This document shows, piece after piece, positions 28,454 to 38,259 of a stretch of 64,000 bases of DNA. Below the pieces are notes generated by a model. The model saw nothing but the letters and a program-made list of their open reading frames with translations. It searched no databases and was not told where the DNA came from. The stretch is from a virus. The position numbers were made by a program, and so were the translations under genes. The stretch's first letter is position 1; every line of letters begins with the position of its first letter. The stretch spans positions 32,211-96,210 of IMG/VR virus record IMGVR_UViG_3300010389_000001. One strand, 5' to 3'.

Positions 28454-29299
28454 ATGGCAGATAAAGTTCTGATTGTAGATGGTTATAATATGATTCACCG
28501 CTGCCGCTTTCAGTGGGGTGGGGGATTGGCGAAGGGTGATAATCAAATTGTATATAACTTCTTTAGAACTTTCAAGGCAACTGTTACCCAGTTTCAGCCA
28601 GACGTGGTGTACTTTCCGCTCGACGGCACCCCAAAGGTAAGGCTTGATCTGGATTCGGAGTATAAGGCAAACCGAAAGATTGACGAGTCTGATCCCGAAG
28701 TAGTAGCTTACTGGAAATACTTTAGGGAGCAAAAAAGAGAGATTATTAGATCTCTGCGAGAAAATTATCCAGTTCGGGTAGTTTATCATCCGGAAAATGA
28801 GTGTGACGACTTGATTTATTATCTAGTTAAGCATCACCACTATAATGATGATGTTACAATTGTTTCTTCAGATACTGATTTTATTCAGATTTTAAATGAA
28901 TTTTCAGACAATGTAAAGCTATACAATCCGGTTGCAAAAAAGTATAGAGAAAATACTCCGTATGATTACGTTGCCTGGAAAGCTATGGTTGGTGACAAGG
29001 CGGATAATATTCCTGGAGTTAGAGGCGTAGGCAAGATTGGTGCAGAAAAGATCCTTCTAAAGAAGGGCGGGCTTCAGGAAAAGCTACTCTCAGATAAGTT
29101 TAGAGAGTCCTACGAGAGTTCTTATAAACTTATCAAGTTCCTTGATTTGAAGGAAGAAGAAAGTAATATAATGATAACAAGTTCTGATCTTGATATCAAT
29201 GCAATCGAAAGCGATTTTGAAATGATGAACTTTAATTCAATGCTCAAAGCAGATTACCTAGAATCTTATGAGCAAGAATTCAGCAGACTAAAGAGGTAA
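28454..29299 (+). CDS. 5'-3' exonuclease / flap endonuclease (PolA N-terminal or T4 RNase H-like)
   Basis: LIVDGYN, YKANR, ECDDLI, SSDTDFIQ, GDKADNIPGVRGVG. Confidence 0.9.
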   Translation: MADKVLIVDGYNMIHRCRFQWGGGLAKGDNQIVYNFFRTFKATVTQFQPDVVYFPLDGTPKVRLDLDSEYKANRKIDESDPEVVAYWKYFREQKREIIRSLRENYPVRVVYHPENECDDLIYYLVKHHHYNDDVTIVSSDTDFIQILNEFSDNVKLYNPVAKKYRENTPYDYVAWKAMVGDKADNIPGVRGVGKIGAEKILLKKGGLQEKLLSDKFRESYESSYKLIKFLDLKEEESNIMITSSDLDINAIESDFEMMNFNSMLKADYLESYEQEFSRLKR

Positions 29300-29300
29300 C

Positions 29301-30350
29301 ATGAAAACTACGATACTTAAGTGCGAATACATCTGGCTTGACGGAAACAAGACCCAGACTCTACGATCCAAGACAAGAGTTCTTTCGCTTAGAAGCGAAG
29401 AGGAGAACTGGAATTTATCACTAAAAGATATTCCGATGTGGTCTTTTGATGGATCAAGCACCAATCAGGCCGAAACAACTGCTTCAGACCTAGTTCTTAG
29501 GCCAGTATTTGCTTGCGTTGATTCGAATAGGGAGAACGGCGTTGTCGTCCTGTGCGATGTTCTTAATCCAGATATGACTCCGCATGAATCAAATCATAGA
29601 GCAAAGCTTATAGATCAGCTTCTGGAGCACAGAGATTCCGACCCGTTCGTGGGGTTTGAGCAAGAGTATTTCCTCTATGACAATAATGGCGTCATGGGCT
29701 GGGAGGAAGATCCGGAGGCTATGAGGCCGCAGGGTCCATACTATTGTGGAGTAGGCACAGATAATGTAGCCGGGAGAAACTTGGTCGAGTTGCATCTAAC
29801 CTCCTGCATTAACTCTGGCTTATCTATCGTCGGTGTGAACGCTGAGGTTGCAAAGGGTCAGTGGGAGTATCAGGTTGGTGGTCCCGGAGTCAATGTTGTT
29901 GCTGCCTGTGATCATCTTTGGGTTTCAAGATTCCTTCTTCAGAGGGTGTGTGAGCTTCAGGGTGTTTCGGTATCATTTGATCCAAAGCCAGTGACCGGAG
30001 ATTGGAACGGAAGCGGAATGCATACAAACTTCTCAACGAGATCCATGAGAGAAGCTGGTGGCATTAACGCTATCAATAAGGCGTGCGAGCTACTCGGGGA
30101 GGAGTCTGCGCTTATGGCGGCCAGAGCCAATTACGGAGAGGGCCTTGAAAGAAGGCTTACTGGGAAGCATGAGACTGCAAATATCGATGAGTATTCTTTT
30201 GGTGTTGCCGATAGGTCTGCGTCAGTAAGAATTCCTCTTCACGTTTCTAGAGATGGACAAGGCTATCTTGAAGATAGGCGCCCAAACTCAAACGCTGACC
30301 CCTACCGTGTTACTGCGGTACTGGTATCTAGCCTTGGAGGCTTAGGCTAG
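29301..30350 (+). CDS. glnII: glutamine synthetase type II
   Basis: EYIWLDG, LRSKT, WSFDGSSTNQA, GFEQEY, PQGPYYCGVG, NAEVAKGQWEYQ, GDWNGSGMHTNFS, RLTGKHET, GYLEDRRP. Confidence 0.92.
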   Translation: MKTTILKCEYIWLDGNKTQTLRSKTRVLSLRSEEENWNLSLKDIPMWSFDGSSTNQAETTASDLVLRPVFACVDSNRENGVVVLCDVLNPDMTPHESNHRAKLIDQLLEHRDSDPFVGFEQEYFLYDNNGVMGWEEDPEAMRPQGPYYCGVGTDNVAGRNLVELHLTSCINSGLSIVGVNAEVAKGQWEYQVGGPGVNVVAACDHLWVSRFLLQRVCELQGVSVSFDPKPVTGDWNGSGMHTNFSTRSMREAGGINAINKACELLGEESALMAARANYGEGLERRLTGKHETANIDEYSFGVADRSASVRIPLHVSRDGQGYLEDRRPNSNADPYRVTAVLVSSLGGLG

Positions 30351-30352
30351 TC

Positions 30353-30769
30353 GTGGGCAGAAAAATCGACAAATACTATAAATACCTTGAGGTTGATCAG
30401 GGTAATGGTATTACGGCTTTTGGGTGGACCGATGCTGATTCTATAGATAAGAATCAAGATTATGTATTAAGCTATCCGTCTAGATCAAAGAAAACTTCAG
30501 AAGAAGATCTGGAGTGGTCAAGCAAAGAAGGCTGTAGCGCAACTGCGCTTGTCGATTACGCAACTTACGTTGAGAGGCTAACTGGGGAATCTCCGCAGGG
30601 CTTCTTCGATGAGTGGGAAGAAAAAATAGACTTATACGATGAATCTAAAGAAAGCTGGAGAGAGGGATCTGCGGAGTTTATATTAAATCTATGCAGACTA
30701 ATCTTGGGAGAGAAAGCTAGCTTCACACAATTTGGAAGAGTTTATAAAAGAGTCAATGTCGAAAGCTAA
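30353..30769 (+). CDS. hypothetical protein
   Basis: 138-aa ORF. Confidence 0.6.
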   Translation: MGRKIDKYYKYLEVDQGNGITAFGWTDADSIDKNQDYVLSYPSRSKKTSEEDLEWSSKEGCSATALVDYATYVERLTGESPQGFFDEWEEKIDLYDESKESWREGSAEFILNLCRLILGEKASFTQFGRVYKRVNVES

Positions 30770-31322
30770 AAAGATCTATTATAGCAATCCTGTTAATCCG
30801 CACAATTTTCGAGATAGAACCAGGCGACAAAGATATGAAACAAAAAAGTCTAATTCCAACGACTTAAATCTATCAATAGCAACGATAAACTTCTCTAATG
30901 ATGAGAACTTGGCCTTCACGATTAGGGGTGCTGCTTGTTTCGGAGTAAGAGACATTTACATTATAGGTTCTGTGCCGCCCAGATCTTTTCTAAATTCCAG
31001 GTCTGGGTCACTGTACGATTACGTAAACATTAAGTCTTTCTCAAGGCCCTCAACTTTTCTGAGATTCTGCAGAGATAATGAGATCGACTTATTTAGTTTA
31101 GATATTACGGATGACTCACGGTCAATATATGATGTGGAGTTTTCTGCAGAAAAAAAGTCTGCAATCGTCCTGGGGCATGAAACAATGGGCATTCCTGCAG
31201 AGATCTTGTTTAACAGCAAACATATTCATATTCCGATGCCAGGAGTTGGATACTGTTTAAATGTAAGTCAAGCCGGCACAGTTGCCATGAGCGAGTTCTT
31301 TAGAAAGACACTAACACGATAG
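30756..31322 (+). CDS. SpoU/TrmH family RNA methyltransferase
   Basis: NLAFTIRGAACFG, IVLGHETMGI, IPMPG..CLNVSQA. Confidence 0.85.
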   Translation: MSKAKKIYYSNPVNPHNFRDRTRRQRYETKKSNSNDLNLSIATINFSNDENLAFTIRGAACFGVRDIYIIGSVPPRSFLNSRSGSLYDYVNIKSFSRPSTFLRFCRDNEIDLFSLDITDDSRSIYDVEFSAEKKSAIVLGHETMGIPAEILFNSKHIHIPMPGVGYCLNVSQAGTVAMSEFFRKTLTR

Positions 31323-31537
31323 GGAGCAAAAATGAGCGAAGAAAGAGAAGACTTTATTTACTTTACCTACGACAATCGAACTTCAGGAAATGCTGAAGGG
31401 CAAGGCGGGAGTGATGAGCGCCGTAAAGTGCAGGTCTCTAGAGAGACATGGGAGAGGGGTTGGCTCAATTACTGGAAGCATGTTGAGCGAACTATGGCTA
31501 CAGAGCTGCCCTCAGAAGAGTAGGTCGAAAAGCCCTG

Positions 31538-32599
31538 TTACCCTTGGCCCACAGCCTCTTTTGCTAGGCTGTGGATTTTCTCTTTTATGGGACTCCAATG
31601 CTTTTCGGATAGATGCTCTGAGGCAAGCTCTATCCCCAAGAGTCCAAATATTTGGAATAGGAAATCTCCGATGCCAAAGATAACGGCCGCAATCTTTGTT
31701 AGCACTGGTTCGGGGGCAGCAAGTAAAGCTAAGCTGATTGTATCAAGTATCAGTGCGATACCGTTTGTAATAGAGAATACTAGGTCTAGCTGAAATGCTT
31801 TAATCACCGATGATATTTCAAGTATCTCCATAAGCTTTTTTGGATCATCAGAGTTTACATCAACTTGGTTATCTAGCGCATCAATAGCTCCGCCAGGTTT
31901 TATTGCATCAGATACCGATAAGCCATAATCTGAAAGAGGAAGGTTTGATAAAATATTCAGACCATTATTATAAGTCTCATTTACATTTTTTGTAAAAAGC
32001 GTAAGGGACGCAAGAGCGCCAGCCACTTGTAAGAATGCTCTTTTAAATATGCCCTTATTCAAATTCGCTTGCCCTTCTGGTAGCCCAATAATAGACGATA
32101 TAGCTTTATCGGTATCCGCCTGGAGCTTGTCAAAGTCCGATGTTATAATTGGCAAATCTTCGGTCATCTGATCATCTGCTGAATTTTTCGCTTGACCAAT
32201 TAGCTCGGACAGGTTACCAGAGAGGAGGGGTAGGATCTCCTCTCTTTCGTCGTCAGATTTTTTCGGTATGTTTCCTTTAGCCCTGGCGGCCTCAGTGTCT
32301 TTGCTTAGTCTTCTAGATATTTCTTTCATATCTATTTCATAAGGAAACTTTTCATTTCCCTCAATTGCTTTTAGCAATTCCTCCCAAGCTCTGAGCTTAT
32401 CAGGGTCTTGTTCTTCTTTTTCGCCTTCTGGCTCCATTCCAAGATTTGGACCAACACCCTTTAGGGCTTCTAGAACTTCCTTAATCCTAGAAGACTCTGC
32501 GAGCGCAAGCTTTCCGGCAAATTCAGACTCATCACGGAGTCCATAATGACTCAGTAAATAAGATAAAGAACTTAGTTTTCTAATCACTTGTAACCTCAA
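31538..32599 (-). CDS. hypothetical protein with divergent leader module and C-terminal hydrophobic helices
   Basis: MRLQVIRKLSSLSYLLSHYGLRDESEFAGKLA; CTAATATT on the minus strand at 32610-32617. Confidence 0.75.
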   Translation of the reverse strand: MRLQVIRKLSSLSYLLSHYGLRDESEFAGKLALAESSRIKEVLEALKGVGPNLGMEPEGEKEEQDPDKLRAWEELLKAIEGNEKFPYEIDMKEISRRLSKDTEAARAKGNIPKKSDDEREEILPLLSGNLSELIGQAKNSADDQMTEDLPIITSDFDKLQADTDKAISSIIGLPEGQANLNKGIFKRAFLQVAGALASLTLFTKNVNETYNNGLNILSNLPLSDYGLSVSDAIKPGGAIDALDNQVDVNSDDPKKLMEILEISSVIKAFQLDLVFSITNGIALILDTISLALLAAPEPVLTKIAAVIFGIGDFLFQIFGLLGIELASEHLSEKHWSPIKEKIHSLAKEAVGQG

Positions 32600-32625
32600 G
32601 ATAACACTTAATATTAGTAGTAAAA

Positions 32626-32901
32626 ATGAACAAGCTAGATGACTTTAGAGAAATGATCGATGGTATTGACGACGAGCTTCTGTTAGAAGCTGGACTTGCC
32701 TTAACTAGAGATATGATTCGTTACAATGAAATGAAGAGGGAGATGGCCAAAATCGAAGAGTCTTTCACAGAGGGGCAGAAGGCTATTTTCTATTTCTTTG
32801 CAGACTCTCTGGATGAAGATGAGATTGTTTTTGCCGCAGAAAGAATCTCCGGAAGAATGAAGAGGCTTCAGACAAAATCAGTGAAAAAGGATGGCGAATA
32901 A
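32626..32901 (+). CDS. hypothetical protein
   Basis: 91-aa ORF. Confidence 0.6.
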   Translation: MNKLDDFREMIDGIDDELLLEAGLALTRDMIRYNEMKREMAKIEESFTEGQKAIFYFFADSLDEDEIVFAAERISGRMKRLQTKSVKKDGE

Positions 32902-32961
32902 TGGTAAGATAGCTATTGATAAATAGCTGTTTGCGATTACCATTATTACATAGGAGATATA

Positions 32962-34563
32962 ATGTCGAAAGAAGTTTCGTTTGGAGCCGAGGCAAGAGCG
33001 GCTCTGCAAGAAGGTCTTGATATTCTTGCTAATGCTGTTAAGTCAACTCTGGGCCCAAGAGGGAGGCACGCCGCCATTGATAGGGGCTATGGACCGCCTC
33101 TTATTACAAAAGATGGCGTAACTGTAGCACGCTCCATTACGCTTAGCGATAAGCTAAAGAATATGGGAGCTTCTCTAGTAAAAGACGTTGCATCATCCAC
33201 TAATTCTTTAGCTGGCGATGGAACGACTACTGCTACGGTTCTTGCGCAAGCCATCTATAATGAGGGCGCTAAGATGGTTGCCGCTGGGCACAATCCTGTC
33301 CTAATTAAAAGAGGTGTTGATTTAGCTACGGAGCGCGTAACATCAAGGCTTTTGGATGTATCAATTGACGTTTCTAGTCAGGAGATGCTTGAAAGTATTG
33401 CGGTTATTTCTGCAAACAATGATGACGCATTAGGAAGGCTAATTGCAGAAGCAGTTGCAGCAGTAGGCGAGAACGGACTAATCTCTGTCGAAGAGTCAAC
33501 AGGAGCGGATACGACGGTTGCTTACTCCGACGGCCTATCGTTTGACCGTGGTTATATCCATCCAATTTTCGTAACGAATCAGGATAGATATGTAGCGGAA
33601 CTTGAGAATCCTTTTATCCTTTTCTACGATGGAAAGATAACAAATACAACAGACATAATGAAGGTAGCAACAGAGGTATCAGAAACAAAGAGACCGCTTC
33701 TGGTTGTAGCTCAAACAGTTATGGATGAAGCACTTGAGACTCTAAAGCTAAATAAGCAGCGCGGAGCACTGGCTTCCTGCGTGGTTAGAGCGCCTGGGTT
33801 CGGAGATATTAGGCGCGATATGCTGCTGGATCTAGCCGCTGTGACCGGAGGAAAGGTTCTTTCCTCTGATACTGAAGATCAGCTTTTGAGCGTCAGTCTA
33901 TCAGATTTAGGCCAAGCAAGAAGAGTTCTGGTAACGCGAGATACCACTACTATTATTGACGGTGCTGGTGATGATGAAGAGGTTAGTCGCAGAGAAGAAT
34001 CTATTAAGCAAAGAATGAGAACAGAAGCTCTTGAGACATACGAGATTGCTGCCTTTAGAGAGAGGCTGTCAAAGCTTGCTGGGTCTGTTGCCGTCTTTAG
34101 GGTGGGCGGAGTATCTGAGGCAGAAGTCAAGGAAAAGAAGGATAGAGTCGAGGATGCCATCAACGCCGTTAAGGCGGCTATAGAGCAGGGCGTTGTTCCG
34201 GGCGGCGGCTCCGCTCTCTTGCACTGTGTTGAGGATCTAGAGGCATTTATAAAGAGCGGGGACTTTATGCACGAAGAGGTTGTTGGAATGGAGGTTGTAT
34301 CTCGTGCAATCAGAGCGCCATTTTCGCAGATACTAAATAATGCCGGCCTTGATTACCACCTTCATATGGAGACAATAATTAGGACGGACAACATACAGTC
34401 AGGCTTTAATGCATTGAGGATGCAGCTTGAGGATAATATGGTTGAGGCTGGTGTAATTGATCCAGTTAAAGTTGTTCGAACTGCTCTTGAGAATGCAGCA
34501 TCATCTGCCGGCACGCTGTTGACAACTCAGGTTGCTATTTTTGATGAAGAAAACCCGAAATAA
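32962..34563 (+). CDS. groEL: chaperonin GroEL
   Basis: TLGPRGR, ITKDGVTVA, AGDGTTTATVLAQA, APGFGD, KDRVEDA, GVVPGGG, GVIDPVKVVRTAL. Confidence 0.95.
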   Translation: MSKEVSFGAEARAALQEGLDILANAVKSTLGPRGRHAAIDRGYGPPLITKDGVTVARSITLSDKLKNMGASLVKDVASSTNSLAGDGTTTATVLAQAIYNEGAKMVAAGHNPVLIKRGVDLATERVTSRLLDVSIDVSSQEMLESIAVISANNDDALGRLIAEAVAAVGENGLISVEESTGADTTVAYSDGLSFDRGYIHPIFVTNQDRYVAELENPFILFYDGKITNTTDIMKVATEVSETKRPLLVVAQTVMDEALETLKLNKQRGALASCVVRAPGFGDIRRDMLLDLAAVTGGKVLSSDTEDQLLSVSLSDLGQARRVLVTRDTTTIIDGAGDDEEVSRREESIKQRMRTEALETYEIAAFRERLSKLAGSVAVFRVGGVSEAEVKEKKDRVEDAINAVKAAIEQGVVPGGGSALLHCVEDLEAFIKSGDFMHEEVVGMEVVSRAIRAPFSQILNNAGLDYHLHMETIIRTDNIQSGFNALRMQLEDNMVEAGVIDPVKVVRTALENAASSAGTLLTTQVAIFDEENPK

Positions 34564-34569
34564 AAAATA

Positions 34570-34598
34570 TTGCACCATATCCCAGCCCGGTTATAGGT
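34570..34598 (+). promoter_or_regulatory. class A promoter-like motif
   Basis: TTGCACCATATCCCAGCCCGGTTATAGGT, identical to 46899-46927. Confidence 0.75.
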
Positions 34599-34623
34599 TG
34601 GTGTAGAGCGGAGGCTAGGTTTT

Positions 34624-34887
34624 ATGAGTGACTCTAATGTTGTAGAGATTGTCAGCACTTTGCGAGATAGTGGTGTTGATGAGTCGGTTCTTTATAGGTT
34701 GGCGGCCCTGGGCATCAATTATGTTTATTCCTCGTATCGCTCTGATAAAGTAGAGCTTATGAGGCAATACGGAATGTTGCCTAAGAAAGTTTTGATTGAG
34801 ATGTGGGATGACTTAGATGTAAAGCTTAAGGTTGAGTATGTTAACGAAAATTCCGAAGACTTCAAAGAGTGGATGAGAAATGGCTGA
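34624..34887 (+). CDS. hypothetical protein
   Basis: 87-aa ORF. Confidence 0.6.
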   Translation: MSDSNVVEIVSTLRDSGVDESVLYRLAALGINYVYSSYRSDKVELMRQYGMLPKKVLIEMWDDLDVKLKVEYVNENSEDFKEWMRNG

Positions 34888-35713
34888 TGCAATCGACAAG
34901 TTTGTTGCGGAAGGTCTTAGTTCTATCTTCGTTGGCGGGTATAGGTCGCGCGGAATTAATGGCTTTGGTCTTCAGATTCTAAACGATCCGGCGTTTGAGG
35001 TATACTTCTCGAATCTTATTAGTTCAGATGATTGGACTTCGGAGGCGGCACTTCACCGTATTGCAAAGACATTTTTGCAGGCGAAAGAAGACGAAAATGG
35101 GGCGGAACCATCATCCTTCTGGAAGGATAGCTTTGCACGCTTTTCCAGCCCAGAGTATGTATCAAAGCATGTTGCAGGCTACGTCAGAGGTAACTGTCCT
35201 CATATTGAGTATGGCATGGAGATTAATGATAATCTTCAGACGTACACCCTGTTTGAGCTAGTCAGCGATAATCTCATCAAGAACAACTGGATTAATTCAA
35301 GGTGGCTGTATCTCCTGAATAGGCTAGGCGAAGAAAGCCCGCTATCTCTCAAGCTATTGGTTGATACCAAGTTGTTTGGCAAGAGCAAGGCTGGTCGCCC
35401 AAAGTCTGCCGTTAGAGGTCGCATGTACCGAAAGTACATTGAGTGTGGCTTTCTTGATCTAAAGACTGCAAGAAAGATTCGCTCCGAATCTTCGGAAGAA
35501 GCCTCAGTCGCAGGAGTTAAGGCCCTGCTCGAATGTGGGGATATTTACGAAAATCATACGGACCTGTTGCTTAGCTTTTCTGATTCAAGGTATCCTGATG
35601 TTCTTTACGCCCTAGCCAATGGACTTCCAGTTTACCTTCTATCTTCTCTGCTTGGAACAGAGAATGATTGGGTCAGGCGTACAGTAGAAGCAAGGATGAA
35701 TTCCGGAGAGTGA
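34880..35713 (+). CDS. alpha-helical (HEAT-like) hypothetical protein
   Basis: C-terminal ...NDWVRRTVEARMNSGE resembles that of 42837..43601. Confidence 0.7.
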   Translation: MADAIDKFVAEGLSSIFVGGYRSRGINGFGLQILNDPAFEVYFSNLISSDDWTSEAALHRIAKTFLQAKEDENGAEPSSFWKDSFARFSSPEYVSKHVAGYVRGNCPHIEYGMEINDNLQTYTLFELVSDNLIKNNWINSRWLYLLNRLGEESPLSLKLLVDTKLFGKSKAGRPKSAVRGRMYRKYIECGFLDLKTARKIRSESSEEASVAGVKALLECGDIYENHTDLLLSFSDSRYPDVLYALANGLPVYLLSSLLGTENDWVRRTVEARMNSGE

Positions 35714-35715
35714 TT

Positions 35716-35982
35716 ATGGATGACTTTGTGTGGTTGGAAAAGCCTTTGCATAAAAATAACTTTCCAAAGAACTTCTTTGAAGATAATAAGGGAGTTCTAG
35801 AAACTTTAAAGCTGTCATTTGATGGCTCTATTGTTGCCGTGAAGCGCGATCTAGTTGAGAAAGAATTTGAAGCTCAACAGGTAGATATGATGAGGCTTGG
35901 ATATAAGCCATGGCCAGAAAAGGTGAGGGTTGAATCTGTAGAATCATTCTATAATTACCTGGCCCTTTGGGTTGAGATGTAA
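35716..35982 (+). CDS. hypothetical protein
   Basis: MDDFVWLEK start (position approximate) after GGAG. Confidence 0.55.
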   Translation: MDDFVWLEKPLHKNNFPKNFFEDNKGVLETLKLSFDGSIVAVKRDLVEKEFEAQQVDMMRLGYKPWPEKVRVESVESFYNYLALWVEM

Positions 35983-36003
35983 AAAACAGCTAATAAAAAA
36001 TAT

Positions 36004-36037
36004 AAAGCCGAGAGGATTTTTCCTCTCGGCTTTTTTT
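36004..36037 (+). terminator. intrinsic terminator
   Basis: AAAGCCGAGAGGA-tttt-TCCTCTCGGCTTT plus T tract. Confidence 0.8.
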
Positions 36038-36076
36038 GTTATATGCATCATGGAATTCAATTAGGTAGAATAAAAT

Positions 36077-36523
36077 ATGGATAACTTTATATCTCATAAA
36101 CAAAAGTTAGTGAAGCTTGCCGGCCCCGAAGAGGGAGGGCTCAATGATCCAAGGACAGGGCTTCCGATTTATGTGACAACGACTGTGAGAAAAAAGTATA
36201 GAGAATACTTCTCTGAGGAAAAGGCTCTAAGGTATGATCGAGAGATTTACTCTGACCTGAGAAACAAGCAGCTAAACCAAATAATTGCTCAGGACTTTGC
36301 TGCAAGCGCCAATGGGGTTGTTCATCATTTCTTAGCAAACTCTTCCGATGTAGCTTCCCGCAAGAGACATTGGATAGAAATAAGAAAAGTTTATACAATG
36401 AGAAGGCCTTTTAACATTTTTCTATCTATAATTGGATCAAGTTTTATAACAATAATTGGAGTCAACACATCCTACTTTAAGCCAAAAAAACCTAGAATGA
36501 TGTCTCCAAAGGCTTTTAATTAA
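36077..36523 (+). CDS. hypothetical protein
   Basis: 148-aa ORF. Confidence 0.6.
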   Translation: MDNFISHKQKLVKLAGPEEGGLNDPRTGLPIYVTTTVRKKYREYFSEEKALRYDREIYSDLRNKQLNQIIAQDFAASANGVVHHFLANSSDVASRKRHWIEIRKVYTMRRPFNIFLSIIGSSFITIIGVNTSYFKPKKPRMMSPKAFN

Positions 36524-36540
36524 AAAGAATCGGAATTGAA

Positions 36541-37107
36541 ATGTATAAAAAGGCAAACTCACCTCCTCCATACTGGCAATCTATTTTAACAAAGATAAAG
36601 AATCTAGGGCTAAGGCCAGAGATAATGGCGATGCTTAACAACTTCAATCAGATAGTGTGGGATGCGGCCCCGCCTCCTTCTGAGCCAAATGCTGTAGCGT
36701 ATGTTACAAATGAAGACAAGAATGGTGACGGAAAGATAGATAAGATACACTTTGTTTTAAGCAAATTTCCTCCAAACGCAAATGAGGATGAGATGGATGC
36801 CATTGTTGAGATGGTTGCAAAAACTTTGGTGCATGAATATGGTCATATCGAAGATTTTAATCCAGAAACAGGCGAATTTCCCGGAGGCGAAGCTGCCGCA
36901 GAACAGGCGGAGAGAGCATTCGAGCCGGTGCTAAGACAAAGGCTTGAGCAAATGGCTCCAGCTAATAACAATAGTTCCTTTGAAGGAATGTCTGCTGCAG
37001 CAAAGCTGGAGATTATTAGAGATTTGGTTAAGATATCAAACGCCCTGGATAAGCATGGCTTGATTAAAGAAGCAGATATACTAGATGGATTGATCAAAAA
37101 GAGTTAA
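36541..37107 (+). CDS. HExxH zinc-metalloprotease-like protein with C-terminal leader module
   Basis: LVHEYGH; EF-hand-like DKNGDGKID; ends IIRDLVKISNALDKHGLIKEADILDGLIKKS. Confidence 0.7.
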   Translation: MYKKANSPPPYWQSILTKIKNLGLRPEIMAMLNNFNQIVWDAAPPPSEPNAVAYVTNEDKNGDGKIDKIHFVLSKFPPNANEDEMDAIVEMVAKTLVHEYGHIEDFNPETGEFPGGEAAAEQAERAFEPVLRQRLEQMAPANNNSSFEGMSAAAKLEIIRDLVKISNALDKHGLIKEADILDGLIKKS

Positions 37108-37167
37108 GAATCCTACTAATAATTCATGTTATTTGGAATGACAAACAAAATATCTGGAGATATTAAA

Positions 37168-38256
37168 ATGCTAAAAGAATTAGTAAAGCTAGCAAATCAT
37201 CTAGACTCTATTGGTCATAGAGACTTATCTGATGATTTAGACTCTGTTATAAGAAAGATGGCTCAAGCCACGACGGGCCAGACTATGAGCGGAGCACTTT
37301 CTGAATTTGAATATGGCAAGTCATTGCTAACCCCCTCTCGTGAGGCGGCGGTTAAAAAGACCAAAGAGATCCTTGCGAATATAGAGAACTCTGTGTATGG
37401 CGATCAAGTTACACAGTTATTCCGTGGTTCGCCAACTGGCAGAAAACTCTCTGGTGCAGCCCCCGATTTTGAGCAGGCTCCCGCTCTCAGGTGGCAGCTA
37501 GAGACGATTATTAAGTCATTAGGCGAAGCCAATTTGCCCTTTGAAAAAGAACTCCTTGAGGAAGATAAGGATGAACTCAAAGCCTACATTGAAAGGGCCG
37601 AAACGGAGAAGAAAAGTGTGATGCTTGCTGAGCAGGCCATGGCTCAAGAGACGGACTCAGAATCTGATACCATGGCGGCCAGGGGCGATATGCCCGATGA
37701 GTCAGAGGGCGTTATTCGTAATAACGAAGATATAATGGCTATCGAGAGTATAATTGGGGCACAGGCCACTGGCCAATTTCCTTTCAACAAGGGAACTTAT
37801 TTTGCTCTCAAGGCATTCTTAGAGGCTAATGCTGATAAGCTGTCTCACTCAGAGCATAGCCCGGAAGATTATGTGCAAACAATCCTCGATACTGGCCCGG
37901 AAGGGTTTTCTGTAAGGGGCGGAGAGCATGCGAGAATAACGGGCAGAAGCTTCCGAGACTGGCGAAATCTTATAGAGGATCTTCAGATGACCACAAGAAG
38001 AGGCGTCGCCCAGACAGCCCAGATGGTAACAGCCTCTCATGATGGCGATTACATGTCAGAGTTTCACGCTAGAAGCATTGAAAATAGTGCCGAGGAGATC
38101 GTAGGGGATTTGGAAAGAGGCAAGAAACTTGACCCTTGGCAAAAGTCTTACTTAGCGCAAGCTGATCAAATGACGGACAGTGTTGAAGAAAGGCTTGATC
38201 AAGAGGCTAAGATTGAGGCTATGACAAAAGCTTTGGATAAGCTTTTCAAGTATTAA
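37168..38256 (+). CDS. hypothetical protein with leader module
   Basis: MLKELVKLANHLDSIGHRDLSDDLDSVIRKMA; ATG 37168 after GGAG; CTAATAAT at 37116. Confidence 0.85.
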   Translation: MLKELVKLANHLDSIGHRDLSDDLDSVIRKMAQATTGQTMSGALSEFEYGKSLLTPSREAAVKKTKEILANIENSVYGDQVTQLFRGSPTGRKLSGAAPDFEQAPALRWQLETIIKSLGEANLPFEKELLEEDKDELKAYIERAETEKKSVMLAEQAMAQETDSESDTMAARGDMPDESEGVIRNNEDIMAIESIIGAQATGQFPFNKGTYFALKAFLEANADKLSHSEHSPEDYVQTILDTGPEGFSVRGGEHARITGRSFRDWRNLIEDLQMTTRRGVAQTAQMVTASHDGDYMSEFHARSIENSAEEIVGDLERGKKLDPWQKSYLAQADQMTDSVEERLDQEAKIEAMTKALDKLFKY

Positions 38257-38259
38257 AAA

